IMG/VR virus record: IMGVR_UViG_3300044994_000219 | Location: 1 to 58,655 of that record | From: a virus | Reading direction: 5' to 3' (one strand) | DNA length: 58,655 nucleotides | Shown here: piece by piece, positions 16,414-25,790 of the stretch | Layout of the letters: the number at the start of each line of letters is the position of its first letter | Position numbering within the stretch: the stretch's first letter is position 1 | The notes under the pieces: generated by a model | Databases searched by the model: none | Seen by the model: the letters and a program-made list of their open reading frames with translations, nothing else | What the model was told of the DNA's origin: nothing | Translations under genes and position numbers: made by a program

Positions 16414-16974
16414 ATGACGCAACTGTTCGCGAACAACGTCTCCACGACCCTGAACGGCGCCATCAGCACCGTCGCCACGGTGCTGACCGTGGCAAACGGC
16501 TCGGGCATGCCGGCACCCACCGGGGGCGACTTTTTCCTGCTCACCCTGGTCGGCCTCGACGGTAACGGCAACGAGAGTGCCTGGGAGATCGTGAAAGTCA
16601 CGGCACGCACAGGCAACGACCTCACCGTTGAGCGTGCGCAAGAAGGCACTTCCGCGCGAGCGTGGCCGGACGCGACGCGGTGCGAACTTCGCCTGACCGC
16701 TGGGTCGCTGAAGGGGCTGGGCGCTGCGGGCTGGAACATCACATCCACTGCGACGAGTAAGACCCTGGCCGACCGCGAGTGGTGTTCCGTCACTGCCGCC
16801 GGCCAGACCATCACGTTGCCTGCATCGCCGACTGCAGGGATGGAGTGCCGCGTGTCGGTTGGTGCTTTTGACGACACGCTGGTCAATTACGGCGGGGCCG
16901 ATACGTGGCGGATCAATGCTGCGGGCGCGACGGTGACGTTTGCGTACAAAGGAACTGAGTGGAGGTATATCTGA
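16414..16974 (+). CDS. Tail fiber protein (conserved fiber N-terminal domain)
   Basis: TTLNGAISTVATVLTVANGSGMPAPTGGDFFLLTLVG...WEIVKVTARTGNDLTVERAQEGTSARAW matches the widespread tail-fiber N-terminal pattern. Confidence 0.75.
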   Translation: MTQLFANNVSTTLNGAISTVATVLTVANGSGMPAPTGGDFFLLTLVGLDGNGNESAWEIVKVTARTGNDLTVERAQEGTSARAWPDATRCELRLTAGSLKGLGAAGWNITSTATSKTLADREWCSVTAAGQTITLPASPTAGMECRVSVGAFDDTLVNYGGADTWRINAAGATVTFAYKGTEWRYI

Positions 16975-17453
16975 TGGCGGTGATTAATTTGTTTGGTGGC
17001 GGTGGCTGGAAGCCGCCTGTCGGGACGGCGCACTATCTGGGGTCGTCGTGGCCGACTGTGACTGTCGACGGTATGACGTTCCTGAAAGCGGGGCTTGCTG
17101 TTTCCAGTAGCGAATTACCAAGCTATCCGATATCGACCGTGGGAGGGGTCCAAGCACGTGTTTGGTCCGCCGTGACCTCTGGGTTCGGGTCGACGATCAT
17201 CAACGCCGTCGCCACAAACGGCGCTGGTGTCTGGGTTGCTGTGGGCGGCAACGGCAGGATGACTCGCTCCACGGACAACGGCGCAACGTGGTCCGCCGTG
17301 ACCTCTGGGTTCGGGTCGACGATCATCAACGCCGTCGCCACAGACGGCGCTGGTGTCTGGGTTGCTGTGGGCGGCAGCGGCATGATGACTCGCTCGCCGC
17401 TCTACATCGGCATCGAATTCACGGCCCCGAATCTTTACCTGAGGATTGCATGA
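16974..17453 (+). CDS. BNR/propeller-like repeat protein (tail accessory)
   Basis: Internal Met of ORF 16959..17453. Two 42-aa repeats (WSAVTSGFGSTIINAVAT.GAGVWVAVGG.G.MTRS; the first continues into TDNGATW), consistent with a BNR/Asp-box-like motif. Confidence 0.7.
   Translation: MAVINLFGGGGWKPPVGTAHYLGSSWPTVTVDGMTFLKAGLAVSSSELPSYPISTVGGVQARVWSAVTSGFGSTIINAVATNGAGVWVAVGGNGRMTRSTDNGATWSAVTSGFGSTIINAVATDGAGVWVAVGGSGMMTRSPLYIGIEFTAPNLYLRIA
17163..17396 (+). repeat. Two near-identical 108-bp direct repeats, period 126 bp
   Basis: 17163..17270 and 17289..17396 differ at about 3 positions. Confidence 0.85.
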
Positions 17454-17845
17454 TGAACATCATTGATCTATCCACGCTCACCCCAGCGGCGCCACAACCG
17501 CTCGTTGAAATTGTCATCACCAACGTCGCCACCGACAGCCCTGCCGCGATCATCCAGCCCGGCGACGTGACCGTCCCGGTCGGCACCGCGGTGACAGTCA
17601 CCGCTGAGCTGCGCGGCCCGGATGGCGCTGTGCTGCCGGTCGATGCTATGTTTCGCATGCCGTTCGTGGCCCGCGACGGCCGTGAGCGCATCCTGCTCGC
17701 ATCGTTCGTGCAGGGCTTGGCGACTATTGGCACGACCATGTCCGAGTCGGGCTGCTGGCAGATCAGCGAGGCGACGATCAACCGCGACCTGCCGGCCGAG
17801 CAGCACATGCGGTTCGCGGGCCTCTCGATCTACGCGGTGCAGTAG
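17450..17845 (+). CDS. Hypothetical tail-module protein
   Basis: Internal Met of ORF 17162..17845 (MMNIIDLSTLTPAAPQPLVEIVITNV...). The ATG overlaps the upstream stop. Confidence 0.7.
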   Translation: MMNIIDLSTLTPAAPQPLVEIVITNVATDSPAAIIQPGDVTVPVGTAVTVTAELRGPDGAVLPVDAMFRMPFVARDGRERILLASFVQGLATIGTTMSESGCWQISEATINRDLPAEQHMRFAGLSIYAVQ

Positions 17846-18093
17846 TGATGAAACAGATCCTGATCGCCCTCGACCAGGTGCTGAATACCGTCGTCTGGAT
17901 CAAAGGCGATGGGTTTGGCTACGCCGATGAGACGCTCTCTGCCCGTGCCTGGCGACTGCGCCACCAGTCGAACGCCTGGAAGCGAATCGACGCGCTGTTC
18001 TTTTGGGACGAGGATCACTGCTACAAGAGCTATCGGTCCGAAGTGCTGCGCAAGCACCTCCCCAATCGCTACACGGAAGCCGCAGATGACTGA
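17845..18093 (+). CDS. Hypothetical protein
   Basis: 82-aa ORF (MMKQILIALDQVLNTVVWIKGDGFGYADETL...). Confidence 0.65.
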   Translation: MMKQILIALDQVLNTVVWIKGDGFGYADETLSARAWRLRHQSNAWKRIDALFFWDEDHCYKSYRSEVLRKHLPNRYTEAADD

Positions 18094-18448
18094 TGCCTCC
18101 TGCTCCAATCCGCCAAGCTGCACGCAGCTCGGGCGCATCGCCACGCTCGAAGCACAGCACGACCATGTGCTGCATGCCATCGGGAAAATGGACGAGAAGC
18201 TCGATCGCGTCATCACCATGCTCGGTCGTGTCGAAGTGCTGGAGAGCAAGCACTTGTCCCACAACGAAGCCCTGGCTCGTGCGTTTTCTCGCATCGAGCT
18301 CGCGGAGCGTCGTCTTGATGAAACGGCGCTGAAGCTCAACGATCTGATGAGCCAGATCAAGGGCATGACCCGCGCCGCAGTGGTGCTCTGGACAGTCATG
18401 GGTGGCTCAGTCACCTATGCGCTTATCAAGCTCACGGGGCTGCAGTGA
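18086..18448 (+). CDS. Coiled-coil protein with C-terminal transmembrane helix (lysis-cassette associated)
   Basis: Internal Met of ORF 17909..18448. The C-terminus AAVVLWTVMGGSVTYALIKL is hydrophobic. Confidence 0.65.
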   Translation: MTDASCSNPPSCTQLGRIATLEAQHDHVLHAIGKMDEKLDRVITMLGRVEVLESKHLSHNEALARAFSRIELAERRLDETALKLNDLMSQIKGMTRAAVVLWTVMGGSVTYALIKLTGLQ

Positions 18449-18654
18449 TGGTACTTCTCCCCGACTGGCGCGAGGTGCTCCGCAAAGCGTGGAGCGTGCG
18501 CTTGATGCTTCTGGCTGGGGTGCTCACCGGAATGGAGGTCGTCCTTCCACTGTTTGTCCATGACATCCCACGCAACGTGTTCGCCGTACTGTCCGGGGTA
18601 ACTGTGTGTGCTGCACTCGTCGCTCGTCTGCTTGCACAGAAGGATCTGCAATGA
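18445..18654 (+). CDS. Holin/pinholin candidate
   Basis: 69 aa with two hydrophobic helices (VRLMLLAGVLTGMEVVLPLFV and VFAVLSGVTVCAALVARLL). It lies immediately upstream of the endolysin and overlaps it. Confidence 0.7.
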   Translation: MMVLLPDWREVLRKAWSVRLMLLAGVLTGMEVVLPLFVHDIPRNVFAVLSGVTVCAALVARLLAQKDLQ

Positions 18655-19112
18655 AGCACCCGCGCTCACTCGTTGCTGCTCTGTCACTCTCGGCCGCTGC
18701 GTTGGTAGGTATTGCCCTGCATGAAGGCTACCGGGGAGAAGCATATATCCCTGTGCCCGGTGACGTGCCAACGATCGGGTTCGGCACAACAGGCGGCGTG
18801 CAAATGGGTGACCGGATTACGCCTGAGCGCGCACTGCAGCGAGCCCTGACGGACATCCAGCAGTTCGAGGGGGCGCTGAAAAAGTGTGTGAAAGTACCTC
18901 TGCACCAGCACGAATACGACGCCTACATCAGCTTCTCCTACAACGTGGGGTCAGCAGCATTCTGCAATTCGACCTTGGTCAGGAAACTCAACGCGGGGGA
19001 CTACAGCGGCGCGTGCGCCGAACTGTTGCGCTGGACGAAGGCGGGTGGCCGTGAGCTACCCGGCCTGGTAAAGCGCCGGCAAGACGAGTACCGGCAGTGC
19101 ATGGGAGGTTGA
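18651..19112 (+). CDS. SAR endolysin, GH24 lysozyme family
   Basis: MKHPRSLVAALSLSAAALVGIAL is a weakly hydrophobic signal-anchor. It is followed by HEGYRGEAYIPVPGDVPTIGFGTT and LPGLVKRRQDE, typical of lambda R/P21-type lysozymes. Confidence 0.88.
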   Translation: MKHPRSLVAALSLSAAALVGIALHEGYRGEAYIPVPGDVPTIGFGTTGGVQMGDRITPERALQRALTDIQQFEGALKKCVKVPLHQHEYDAYISFSYNVGSAAFCNSTLVRKLNAGDYSGACAELLRWTKAGGRELPGLVKRRQDEYRQCMGG

Positions 19113-19115
19113 CGT

Positions 19116-19574
19116 GTGGTTACCTATCTACAAATCGCCGCTGCAGTTGTGGTTGGAGTCCTGGGCTTCTGGCTGGGGCATGGGATGGCTTCAGGGGCTT
19201 GCGCGAAACGCGAGCTGGCTGTCGCAACGGCCTACGCGGATTGGGGCAAGTCCGCTCTTGAGGGAGTCCGTGCGTCACTTGAAGCTGAACAAAAACGCGC
19301 CGTTCTCGCCGCCGAAGCGCGAGGGCGCAAAGCTGCTCTATCTCAGGGGGTGATTGCCGATGCGACTCAAGACCTGGATCGTAGCTGCGAGTGGCGTGAC
19401 CCTCACCGCCTGCGCATCGAAGCCCTCTATGCCGCCTATGGAGTGCGTGCCGGAACCGGTGGCACCGGAATGCGCGCAACGCTGCCCGGACCCACCGCCG
19501 ACAACCCTGCCACGCGAGCTGTGGGAGCTGGAAGTGCTGCAGTGGGGTTTGGGCTGCAAAGCCCTGCACGATGA
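19116..19574 (+). CDS. Rz: i-spanin (Rz-like)
   Basis: GTG start with a GGGAGG SD, an N-terminal TM helix (IAAAVVVGVLGFWLG), then a charged periplasmic region. Located after the endolysin. Confidence 0.75.
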   Translation: MVTYLQIAAAVVVGVLGFWLGHGMASGACAKRELAVATAYADWGKSALEGVRASLEAEQKRAVLAAEARGRKAALSQGVIADATQDLDRSCEWRDPHRLRIEALYAAYGVRAGTGGTGMRATLPGPTADNPATRAVGAGSAAVGFGLQSPAR

Positions 19575-19596
19575 TTGCGCGAGGTCCGACGAATGA
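19360..19596 (+). CDS. Rz1: o-spanin (Rz1-like lipoprotein), overlapped in the +1 frame
   Basis: MRLKTWIVAASGVTLTAC carries the lipobox LTAC and the mature part is Pro-rich. It starts inside Rz and ends 22 nt beyond it. Confidence 0.75.
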   Translation: MRLKTWIVAASGVTLTACASKPSMPPMECVPEPVAPECAQRCPDPPPTTLPRELWELEVLQWGLGCKALHDDCARSDE

Positions 19597-21887
19597 CGAT
19601 CCTGAAAATCGCGCAGTTTTCCGGCATGGTGCCGCGCTTACCTGCCGAGCGGTTGCCTGACAGTGCCGCGGCGTACGCTCTGAATTGCGACTTTGCGCAC
19701 GGGGAGCTGCGCAGCCTGAAGGGCCCCGGGCCCCTGCAGCCGACGACACAGGCTGTGCGCAGCCTCTTCACAGATGACGGCCTGCGCTTCTTCGCGTGGC
19801 CGACTTACACCCGTGCGTACCTGGCGCCGACTGTCGGTGACGCGCACTCGCGCGTGTATTTCAACTCGGAAGGGCAAGGCCTGCGAGTCGCCCAGATGAC
19901 TGCCGCCTATCCGGCGCTTGCCAACCCGCGCCCTCCGGCGCAGAGCTGGGCGGTCGGGGTGGCGCGGCCGGCGTCTGCGCCGGAGGTCGAGCTCAAACCG
20001 TCGAACTCCTGGGCGGGAGACGCCGGGGCGACGCTGCGAATGCGTGCGGTGTGCCTGCTGGCAGGCGTCGAGGCGAAGTCGGTGGAGGCGACGGTCGTCT
20101 CCGTCGAGAGCCCCTGGCAACAGGTGACGGTCGAGATCCCGACTGCGCCGTGCGGGGCGGTGACCCCGGAGGACGGCACGACCAGCGGCTTGCAGCCAGG
20201 GCCTGATGGGTGGATCTATCCGCCGCACAACGGCGTCGCGCACTGGGATCGCCGCGTCGTCGTCGTCCCTGCCGCCGGCGACGGAGGCGGCACTGTGTAT
20301 GAGGCCGCGACGCAACTGTTGCGCACGGGGCGCTGGCGGATCAAGAGCGGCATGAGTACCGTTGAAGCCATCACGACCGCACTGGGTGCGGAGTATTGGG
20401 CGCCTGTGAAGCATCCGGATGGTGGGCTGTTTGACCCGACGGCGTTTGACTACTTAGGGCGTATCTACGACGGGGCAGCCGCGCTCTACACCGGGCTCAC
20501 CAGCGGGGCCGGGAACGTGACGACGGGCGCAGCGCAGTTGATGACCGAAGGCACGATGGCCTTCGTCGCGGAGGTCGTCGGGTCCAGCGGTGTGACGTTG
20601 GCAACCGGCTCCGCGAGCAATTTCAGCAGAGAAGTCGGAACGAACCGGTACTCGGTGACCATCGACTGGGGCACCGCCGCTGTCGAGAGCATCGCCTATG
20701 TGACGACCTTCGAGAACACATGGGGGGAGGAGAGCGCCCCGTCCGACCCGGTGACCGTCGAGGTGATGCCGTTCCAGGATGTCCTGGTCAAGCAGGCCTA
20801 TACGCCCCTGTCTGGCGGTCGGCCGGTGCGGGGTATTAACCTCTACCGGACCTATGGCCGCACCGCCGACTACATCAAGGTGAACACGATTCCGCGCACC
20901 GAGATGATCAGCGGTAAGTGGGCGGTGTGGGACGCTACCGACCGACCGGCGACGGCCGTCACCCTGCAGAGCCAGGAGTGGGATCCGCCGCCCTCGAACC
21001 TGCACAGTCTGACATATGCCGGAAACGGGTTTTTCGCCGGCGCCAGTGGCAAGGACATCCGTTTCAGCGAGCCGTACCGGCCGCACGCTTGGCCGTACTT
21101 CATGACATTGCCCTACTCGATCACAGGCATCATCGAAGTCGAAGGCGGGCTGCTGGTGACCACGACGGCGCAGCCGTATTTGGTCTACGGACCGCACCCG
21201 GAGCAGATGACCCAGCAGGCTCTCAACGCCGAACAGGCCGGCATGACGCCGCGGAGTATGGCACGCATCGAGGGGTCGGCGATCTACGTGAGCAACGACG
21301 GCCTGGTGCAGGTCTCCGGCGGGCAGGCCACAGTTGGCACCCAGGATCTGTTTACACGCAACGACTGGCGTGACTGGTATCGCTACACGTTGCGAGACAT
21401 AACCCTCGGTGCGTGGGACGGCCAGGTGCTGGGAATCATCGACGCTCCGAACGGGATGAACTTCATGCTTCGGATGGACGAGGCGCCCGGGTTCTCAACT
21501 CTTGCGCTTCCTGGTCGCGCCACCGGCATCGCCGTCTCGCACACGACCGACGAGCTGTTCCTGTGTTTCGAGGAGGGGTTTGCGGAGTTCGGGGCAGGAG
21601 AGGATCTCGCACTGATGTGGCACAGCAAGGTCTTCAAGTACCCGCGCCCGGTCAGCTTCGGCGCCGCGGTCGCACGCTACGACGGGCAATTCGTGCTGAC
21701 CGTCGTGGATGCGTCATCGGGGCGGACCGCCATCGAGATTCAGCTTCCTCCGGGTAGGCAGGACGAGTACGCCTTCCGGCTGCACCCGGTATCGCCGTCC
21801 AAGCAATGGCAGGTCGCCGTTTTCGGCACGGGAACCTTCCGGGCCATCGAACTGGGGGCCAGCTTCATGGAGTTGCGCAATGGCTAA
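19593..21887 (+). CDS. Large tail structural protein (tail tube/nozzle-like)
   Basis: Internal Met of ORF 19575..21887 (MTILKIAQFSGMVPRLPAERLPDSAAAYALNCDF...). 764 aa, ATGA overlap with Rz1. Confidence 0.75.
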   Translation: MTILKIAQFSGMVPRLPAERLPDSAAAYALNCDFAHGELRSLKGPGPLQPTTQAVRSLFTDDGLRFFAWPTYTRAYLAPTVGDAHSRVYFNSEGQGLRVAQMTAAYPALANPRPPAQSWAVGVARPASAPEVELKPSNSWAGDAGATLRMRAVCLLAGVEAKSVEATVVSVESPWQQVTVEIPTAPCGAVTPEDGTTSGLQPGPDGWIYPPHNGVAHWDRRVVVVPAAGDGGGTVYEAATQLLRTGRWRIKSGMSTVEAITTALGAEYWAPVKHPDGGLFDPTAFDYLGRIYDGAAALYTGLTSGAGNVTTGAAQLMTEGTMAFVAEVVGSSGVTLATGSASNFSREVGTNRYSVTIDWGTAAVESIAYVTTFENTWGEESAPSDPVTVEVMPFQDVLVKQAYTPLSGGRPVRGINLYRTYGRTADYIKVNTIPRTEMISGKWAVWDATDRPATAVTLQSQEWDPPPSNLHSLTYAGNGFFAGASGKDIRFSEPYRPHAWPYFMTLPYSITGIIEVEGGLLVTTTAQPYLVYGPHPEQMTQQALNAEQAGMTPRSMARIEGSAIYVSNDGLVQVSGGQATVGTQDLFTRNDWRDWYRYTLRDITLGAWDGQVLGIIDAPNGMNFMLRMDEAPGFSTLALPGRATGIAVSHTTDELFLCFEEGFAEFGAGEDLALMWHSKVFKYPRPVSFGAAVARYDGQFVLTVVDASSGRTAIEIQLPPGRQDEYAFRLHPVSPSKQWQVAVFGTGTFRAIELGASFMELRNG

Positions 21888-23271
21888 GCAGGTATCCGCG
21901 CCGGTGAGCGGTGTGGCACCGGCGACCGGCGTGCAGGATCCAGCCGCCCGCAGGGTGCTGCAGGATCTGATCACGGCGCACAACACCCGCAACGGGCAGA
22001 CAGAGCAGCGGTTTCTGACCGAGGCCGACATCAGGCACTTGTCCCAGCAGATCGTCTCGGAAGGGATGCAGCGGCTGGCGACCAGCATTTCGTCCATCGG
22101 CGGTGATCTGCCCGGCGCACCCGGGTGGGGAACCGTCGGCGACTTGGTCGAAGCGGTGGGTCAGATCGTCGAGCGCTCGCCGCTGTGGGAGGCGCTGGGT
22201 GCGCGCATCGAGTGGCTGAACCGGCAGAACAGCCTGTCGATCGGGAAGATCGCCACACTCGCGGACGGCTTCACGCAGGAGCGGGAAGAACGGCTGGACG
22301 GGCAATCGACCCTCGCCAGGGAGGTGTCCGCGGTCAAGGTGACGGCAGGCGGGAACACCGCCGCGATCCTCGAGGAGAAGGAGGTACGGGCCAACGCGGT
22401 GAGCGCGCTGGTGCAGGCGGTCAATACCGTGTTCGCCGCGGTCGGCAACAACAGTGCATTGATCCAGGACGGCGGGAACCTTTCGGTGAACTGGAACGCA
22501 TCCCAGGCGACGAAGTGGAGCCAGATGCAGACCGAGGTGTTCGGCGCCGACGGTACGCCGATTCGACAGGCACTCGCCGAAGAGGCGCAGTTGCGCGCCG
22601 ATCGCGACGGCAATCTGGCCGCGCACTACACGGTGAAGATCGACCAGAAGGGGTGGGTGTCGGGCTTCGGCCTGATGAGCCTGACCAGCCCGAACAGCAA
22701 CCCGACCAGTGCGTTCTACGTGAGGGCGGACCGGTTCGCCATCGGCAACCCGGCCCAGCCTGTACCTGCCGGCACAACGCCGCCGGCAGCAAACATCCCG
22801 TTCGTTGTGCAGACGACCGGCACCACCGATCCGGTGACCGGTGCACCAATTCCGGCGGGCGTCTACATGAAAGACACTTTCATCCGGAATGCCAGTATCG
22901 ACACGCTACACCTCGCGGGTAATGCGGTATCGGTGTCTGCGTTCGCATCCGGCGGTTCATACGTTGCCACGACGATCAATATTCCGGCCGGGCAGACATA
23001 CCGGGTCATCGGCATCGCGGAGTTTTGGGGTTGGTACACCGGGACTGGAAACCTCATTGACGGAGGCATTTCTGTCCATCAAACGTTCTCAGTCAACGGC
23101 ATCAGTTCGCCCCGTCGCGCCATTGTCGGGGCCGATGGTCACGTTACGTGGGATCACACCTTGGTGCATGGTCGATTCGTGACCGGACCAACAACATTGA
23201 CGGTGTCCGCAACCGGCCCCGCTGCAATTAGCGGAGCGTGCAACCTGACCGTGCTCGCATTCAAGAGGTGA
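21880..23271 (+). CDS. Tail fiber/host-specificity protein
   Basis: Internal Met of ORF 21709..23271. The coiled N-terminal half and the motifs AFYVRADRFAIGNP and GVYMKDTFIRNASIDTLHLAGNAV resemble host-specificity (J-like/DUF1983-type) proteins. Confidence 0.75.
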   Translation: MAKQVSAPVSGVAPATGVQDPAARRVLQDLITAHNTRNGQTEQRFLTEADIRHLSQQIVSEGMQRLATSISSIGGDLPGAPGWGTVGDLVEAVGQIVERSPLWEALGARIEWLNRQNSLSIGKIATLADGFTQEREERLDGQSTLAREVSAVKVTAGGNTAAILEEKEVRANAVSALVQAVNTVFAAVGNNSALIQDGGNLSVNWNASQATKWSQMQTEVFGADGTPIRQALAEEAQLRADRDGNLAAHYTVKIDQKGWVSGFGLMSLTSPNSNPTSAFYVRADRFAIGNPAQPVPAGTTPPAANIPFVVQTTGTTDPVTGAPIPAGVYMKDTFIRNASIDTLHLAGNAVSVSAFASGGSYVATTINIPAGQTYRVIGIAEFWGWYTGTGNLIDGGISVHQTFSVNGISSPRRAIVGADGHVTWDHTLVHGRFVTGPTTLTVSATGPAAISGACNLTVLAFKR

Positions 23272-23275
23272 CCAG

Positions 23276-23686
23276 ATGAAACCCTTCACGCTCTTCGAGC
23301 GCCGGACCGGGCGCATCATCATGAGTGGGACTACCGAGGTGCTGCCCTCCACTACAGCGGAGCAAGGCATCCTCGAATGCCTGAGCCAGCCCCACACGCA
23401 GATGGTTGTCGCAGGCAAAGTCGTCGATATGCCGAAGCGTCCGAGTGAGCACCACCGCTTCGACTGGAGCACGAAAGTGTGGGCGCTCGATGCGGAGAAG
23501 GCCTGGGCGGCAGTGCGCGCAACCCGCGACCGGCGCCTGGCTGAATCCGACTGGACAACGCTGCCGGACGTGCCCCTGACCGACGCCCAGCGTGCCGCGT
23601 GGCGGGCTTACCGGCAGGCGCTGCGTGATGTCACGCAGCAGACGGACCCGCTGAACATCTGTTGGCCGGACAGACCTCAGCCATAG
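23276..23686 (+). CDS. Tail fiber assembly chaperone
   Basis: The C-terminal RDRRLAESDWTTLPDVPLTDAQRAAWRAYRQALRDVTQQTDP...WPDRP is the typical tail-fiber-assembly motif. Located after the fiber gene. Confidence 0.8.
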   Translation: MKPFTLFERRTGRIIMSGTTEVLPSTTAEQGILECLSQPHTQMVVAGKVVDMPKRPSEHHRFDWSTKVWALDAEKAWAAVRATRDRRLAESDWTTLPDVPLTDAQRAAWRAYRQALRDVTQQTDPLNICWPDRPQP

Positions 23687-23705
23687 GACACCCCCGCTGC
23701 GAAAG
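23683..23705 (+). promoter_or_regulatory. AGGACACCCC motif copy
   Basis: atAGGACACCCCcgctgcgaaag overlaps the stop of the chaperone gene, upstream of 23716. Confidence 0.45.
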
Positions 23706-23715
23706 ATGCGGCAGG

Positions 23716-24135
23716 ATGCAGACCATGAAATTCATCGGCGTCGTCCCCAAGGATCTGGCTGTCGGCCCCCTGTGGCCTCAGATCGCCGCGCTCCTCGAGC
23801 GCGCGATGCCCTATGGCCGTGGGGAATACACACTGGATGACATCCGCGAGGGCATCGCCGGCGGGCGCATGTTTGCCATCGCAGTGGCCGACGAGTCGAT
23901 TATCGAGTTCGTGGCGACGTGCGTGCTGGTCGAGTTTCCGCGTAAGCGCGTGCTCTATGTGCAGTATGGCGCAGGTCGCGGTGCCGAGCGTGCGAGGGAG
24001 GCCTTGGTCGCAGCGGCCCGCACCCTCAAGTGCGACTGGGTCGAGACCCGGACGCGGCTGGCGGTGGCGAAGCTGTACCAGCGATCGGGGTTTGACATCG
24101 GCTATTGCGTGCCGATTCTGGAGATTGATCAATGA
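23716..24135 (+). CDS. Small GNAT-like-fold protein (tentative); start 23716 or 23725
   Basis: Internal Mets of ORF 23662..24135 (MQTMKFIGVVPKDL...VLYVQYGAGRG...AKLYQRSGF). Confidence 0.6.
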   Translation: MQTMKFIGVVPKDLAVGPLWPQIAALLERAMPYGRGEYTLDDIREGIAGGRMFAIAVADESIIEFVATCVLVEFPRKRVLYVQYGAGRGAERAREALVAAARTLKCDWVETRTRLAVAKLYQRSGFDIGYCVPILEIDQ

Positions 24136-25790
24136 CAAGCAGGCGACAACTCTACGCGGCCGGTGAGCCGCTAGGTGACAGCGTAACCCGGCACGAAGGC
24201 GGGCGGCTGATCCTCGGTGGTGGTGGGGGTGGTGGCGGTGCCGACAACTACGCCAACCTCGAGAAGCTCTACGGCGAACAGGCCGAGTCCGCGCGCCTGT
24301 TGCGGGGCCTGGCCGAGGCGAACCTGCCGGGCGTGACTGACGGCTACATGCGCTCGGTCAACGAGACGCTGGATCCGGGCTACGCCGAGAAGCAGGCCGG
24401 CCAGGCGCAAGCCGACATGGCAAGTGCCAACGCGATGGAGCGGGCCGCGATCATCCGCGACCTGACCTCGATGGGGGTCAATCCGAACGATCCGCGGTTC
24501 GCGGGTTCCCTGCGCAGGCTGGAGTCGGCCAACGCAGCACGGATGGCGGCCGGTGCGAACGCGGCACGTCACGACGCGAAGAACTACCAGCGCGCGGTCG
24601 CCCAGGACGCCATCGGCACCTTCACCGGCCAGAGCAACATGGCGGCCAACCAGATGAGCAGTGCCACGAGCGGCATGAGCACCCTGGCGCAACAACAGCA
24701 GCAGGCCCAGATGAACAAGGACGCCCAGAAGCAGAACGCCGCTTCGGCGGCCGTGGGCGGCACGATGGCGTTGATGAGCCTGAAGGATGGCGGCAAGGTG
24801 AAAACCGTGGAGCGCCACATGCTGGGCGGTACTGCCGGCGGGCAGCAGCACGGCTTCTTCCAGACTGGCCAGGTGACCGCCCCGCCGGCGCAGGCGCAGC
24901 GTCCGCAACAGAGCCCGGTGAGTAGCGCGATGGCCGGCGCCAGGCAGGGCAACCAGCTCAAGCAGTTGCTCCAGAACCCCACTGCCGGGGGTGACAAGAT
25001 GGCGAATGTCGTCGCCAAGGTGGGTGGCCAGCAGGCCGGGGCCAACGTCGGCGCCCAGTCTGCAGGCATGCGGATGAGCGCAAAACAGGCAGGTGCGGCA
25101 CGGGACGCCTACCTGTCGGCAGCGAAGGAAGCGGCAGCGGCAGGGGATCCGGCCGCGGCCCAGCAGTACATGGACCTCGCGGCAAACATCTCTGACGGGG
25201 CAGGTCTCGGCGCAGAGGTCGCCACGGAAGTCGCAGGCAGCCAGGGCCTGGCCAGTGCTGCCGGCGCAGTGCCGGGGGCCTCTTCGACGGTTACAGGGGC
25301 GCTGGGCTCGGGCGGGATGAGCACAGCCGCAGGGGCGTCGGTGCCAGGTGCGACCTCCACGATCTCGGGAGCCCTCGGTGCCGGCGGGATGAGCACCGGC
25401 GCCACCACCGCGGCCACTTCGACGCTTGCCGGTACGGCAGGGGCGGGCTCCGCGGCGATGGCTGCCGTCGGCACTGCGCTGCCTTGGGTCGGCGCGGCGA
25501 TGGCCGTCGGCTCCTTGCTCGGCGCCTGGAAGAATGGCGGCAAGGTCGAGAAGGTCGGCAACAGCGTGGATCTGAGGGACGACGGCGGCAAGGTGCCCGG
25601 CGAGTGGCGCGGCAACGATGACACCGTGCCGGCGCTGCTCACGGAAGAGGAGCACGTCGTCAATGCCGAGGCCGCGGCGATGATCGGGCACGACACGCTG
25701 GAGCGGCTGAACAAGAAGGGGCTGGCTCAGCGCAAGAAGGGCAAGACGCCGAAGGACATCAAACGGGTTGGACTGGGAGCACTGGCATGA
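24132..25790 (+). CDS. Internal virion/ejection protein (Ala/Gly/Gln-rich)
   Basis: 552 aa of low complexity, with a GGGGGGGG tract. Located before the giant virion protein, with ATGA overlaps on both sides. Confidence 0.7.
   Translation: MTSRRQLYAAGEPLGDSVTRHEGGRLILGGGGGGGGADNYANLEKLYGEQAESARLLRGLAEANLPGVTDGYMRSVNETLDPGYAEKQAGQAQADMASANAMERAAIIRDLTSMGVNPNDPRFAGSLRRLESANAARMAAGANAARHDAKNYQRAVAQDAIGTFTGQSNMAANQMSSATSGMSTLAQQQQQAQMNKDAQKQNAASAAVGGTMALMSLKDGGKVKTVERHMLGGTAGGQQHGFFQTGQVTAPPAQAQRPQQSPVSSAMAGARQGNQLKQLLQNPTAGGDKMANVVAKVGGQQAGANVGAQSAGMRMSAKQAGAARDAYLSAAKEAAAAGDPAAAQQYMDLAANISDGAGLGAEVATEVAGSQGLASAAGAVPGASSTVTGALGSGGMSTAAGASVPGATSTISGALGAGGMSTGATTAATSTLAGTAGAGSAAMAAVGTALPWVGAAMAVGSLLGAWKNGGKVEKVGNSVDLRDDGGKVPGEWRGNDDTVPALLTEEEHVVNAEAAAMIGHDTLERLNKKGLAQRKKGKTPKDIKRVGLGALA

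Noticed and set aside
17163-17396. Template/variable repeat pair of a diversity-generating retroelement.
   Set aside because: No reverse transcriptase gene is present anywhere in the window. The repeats are tandem within one gene, and their few differences are not adenine-specific.
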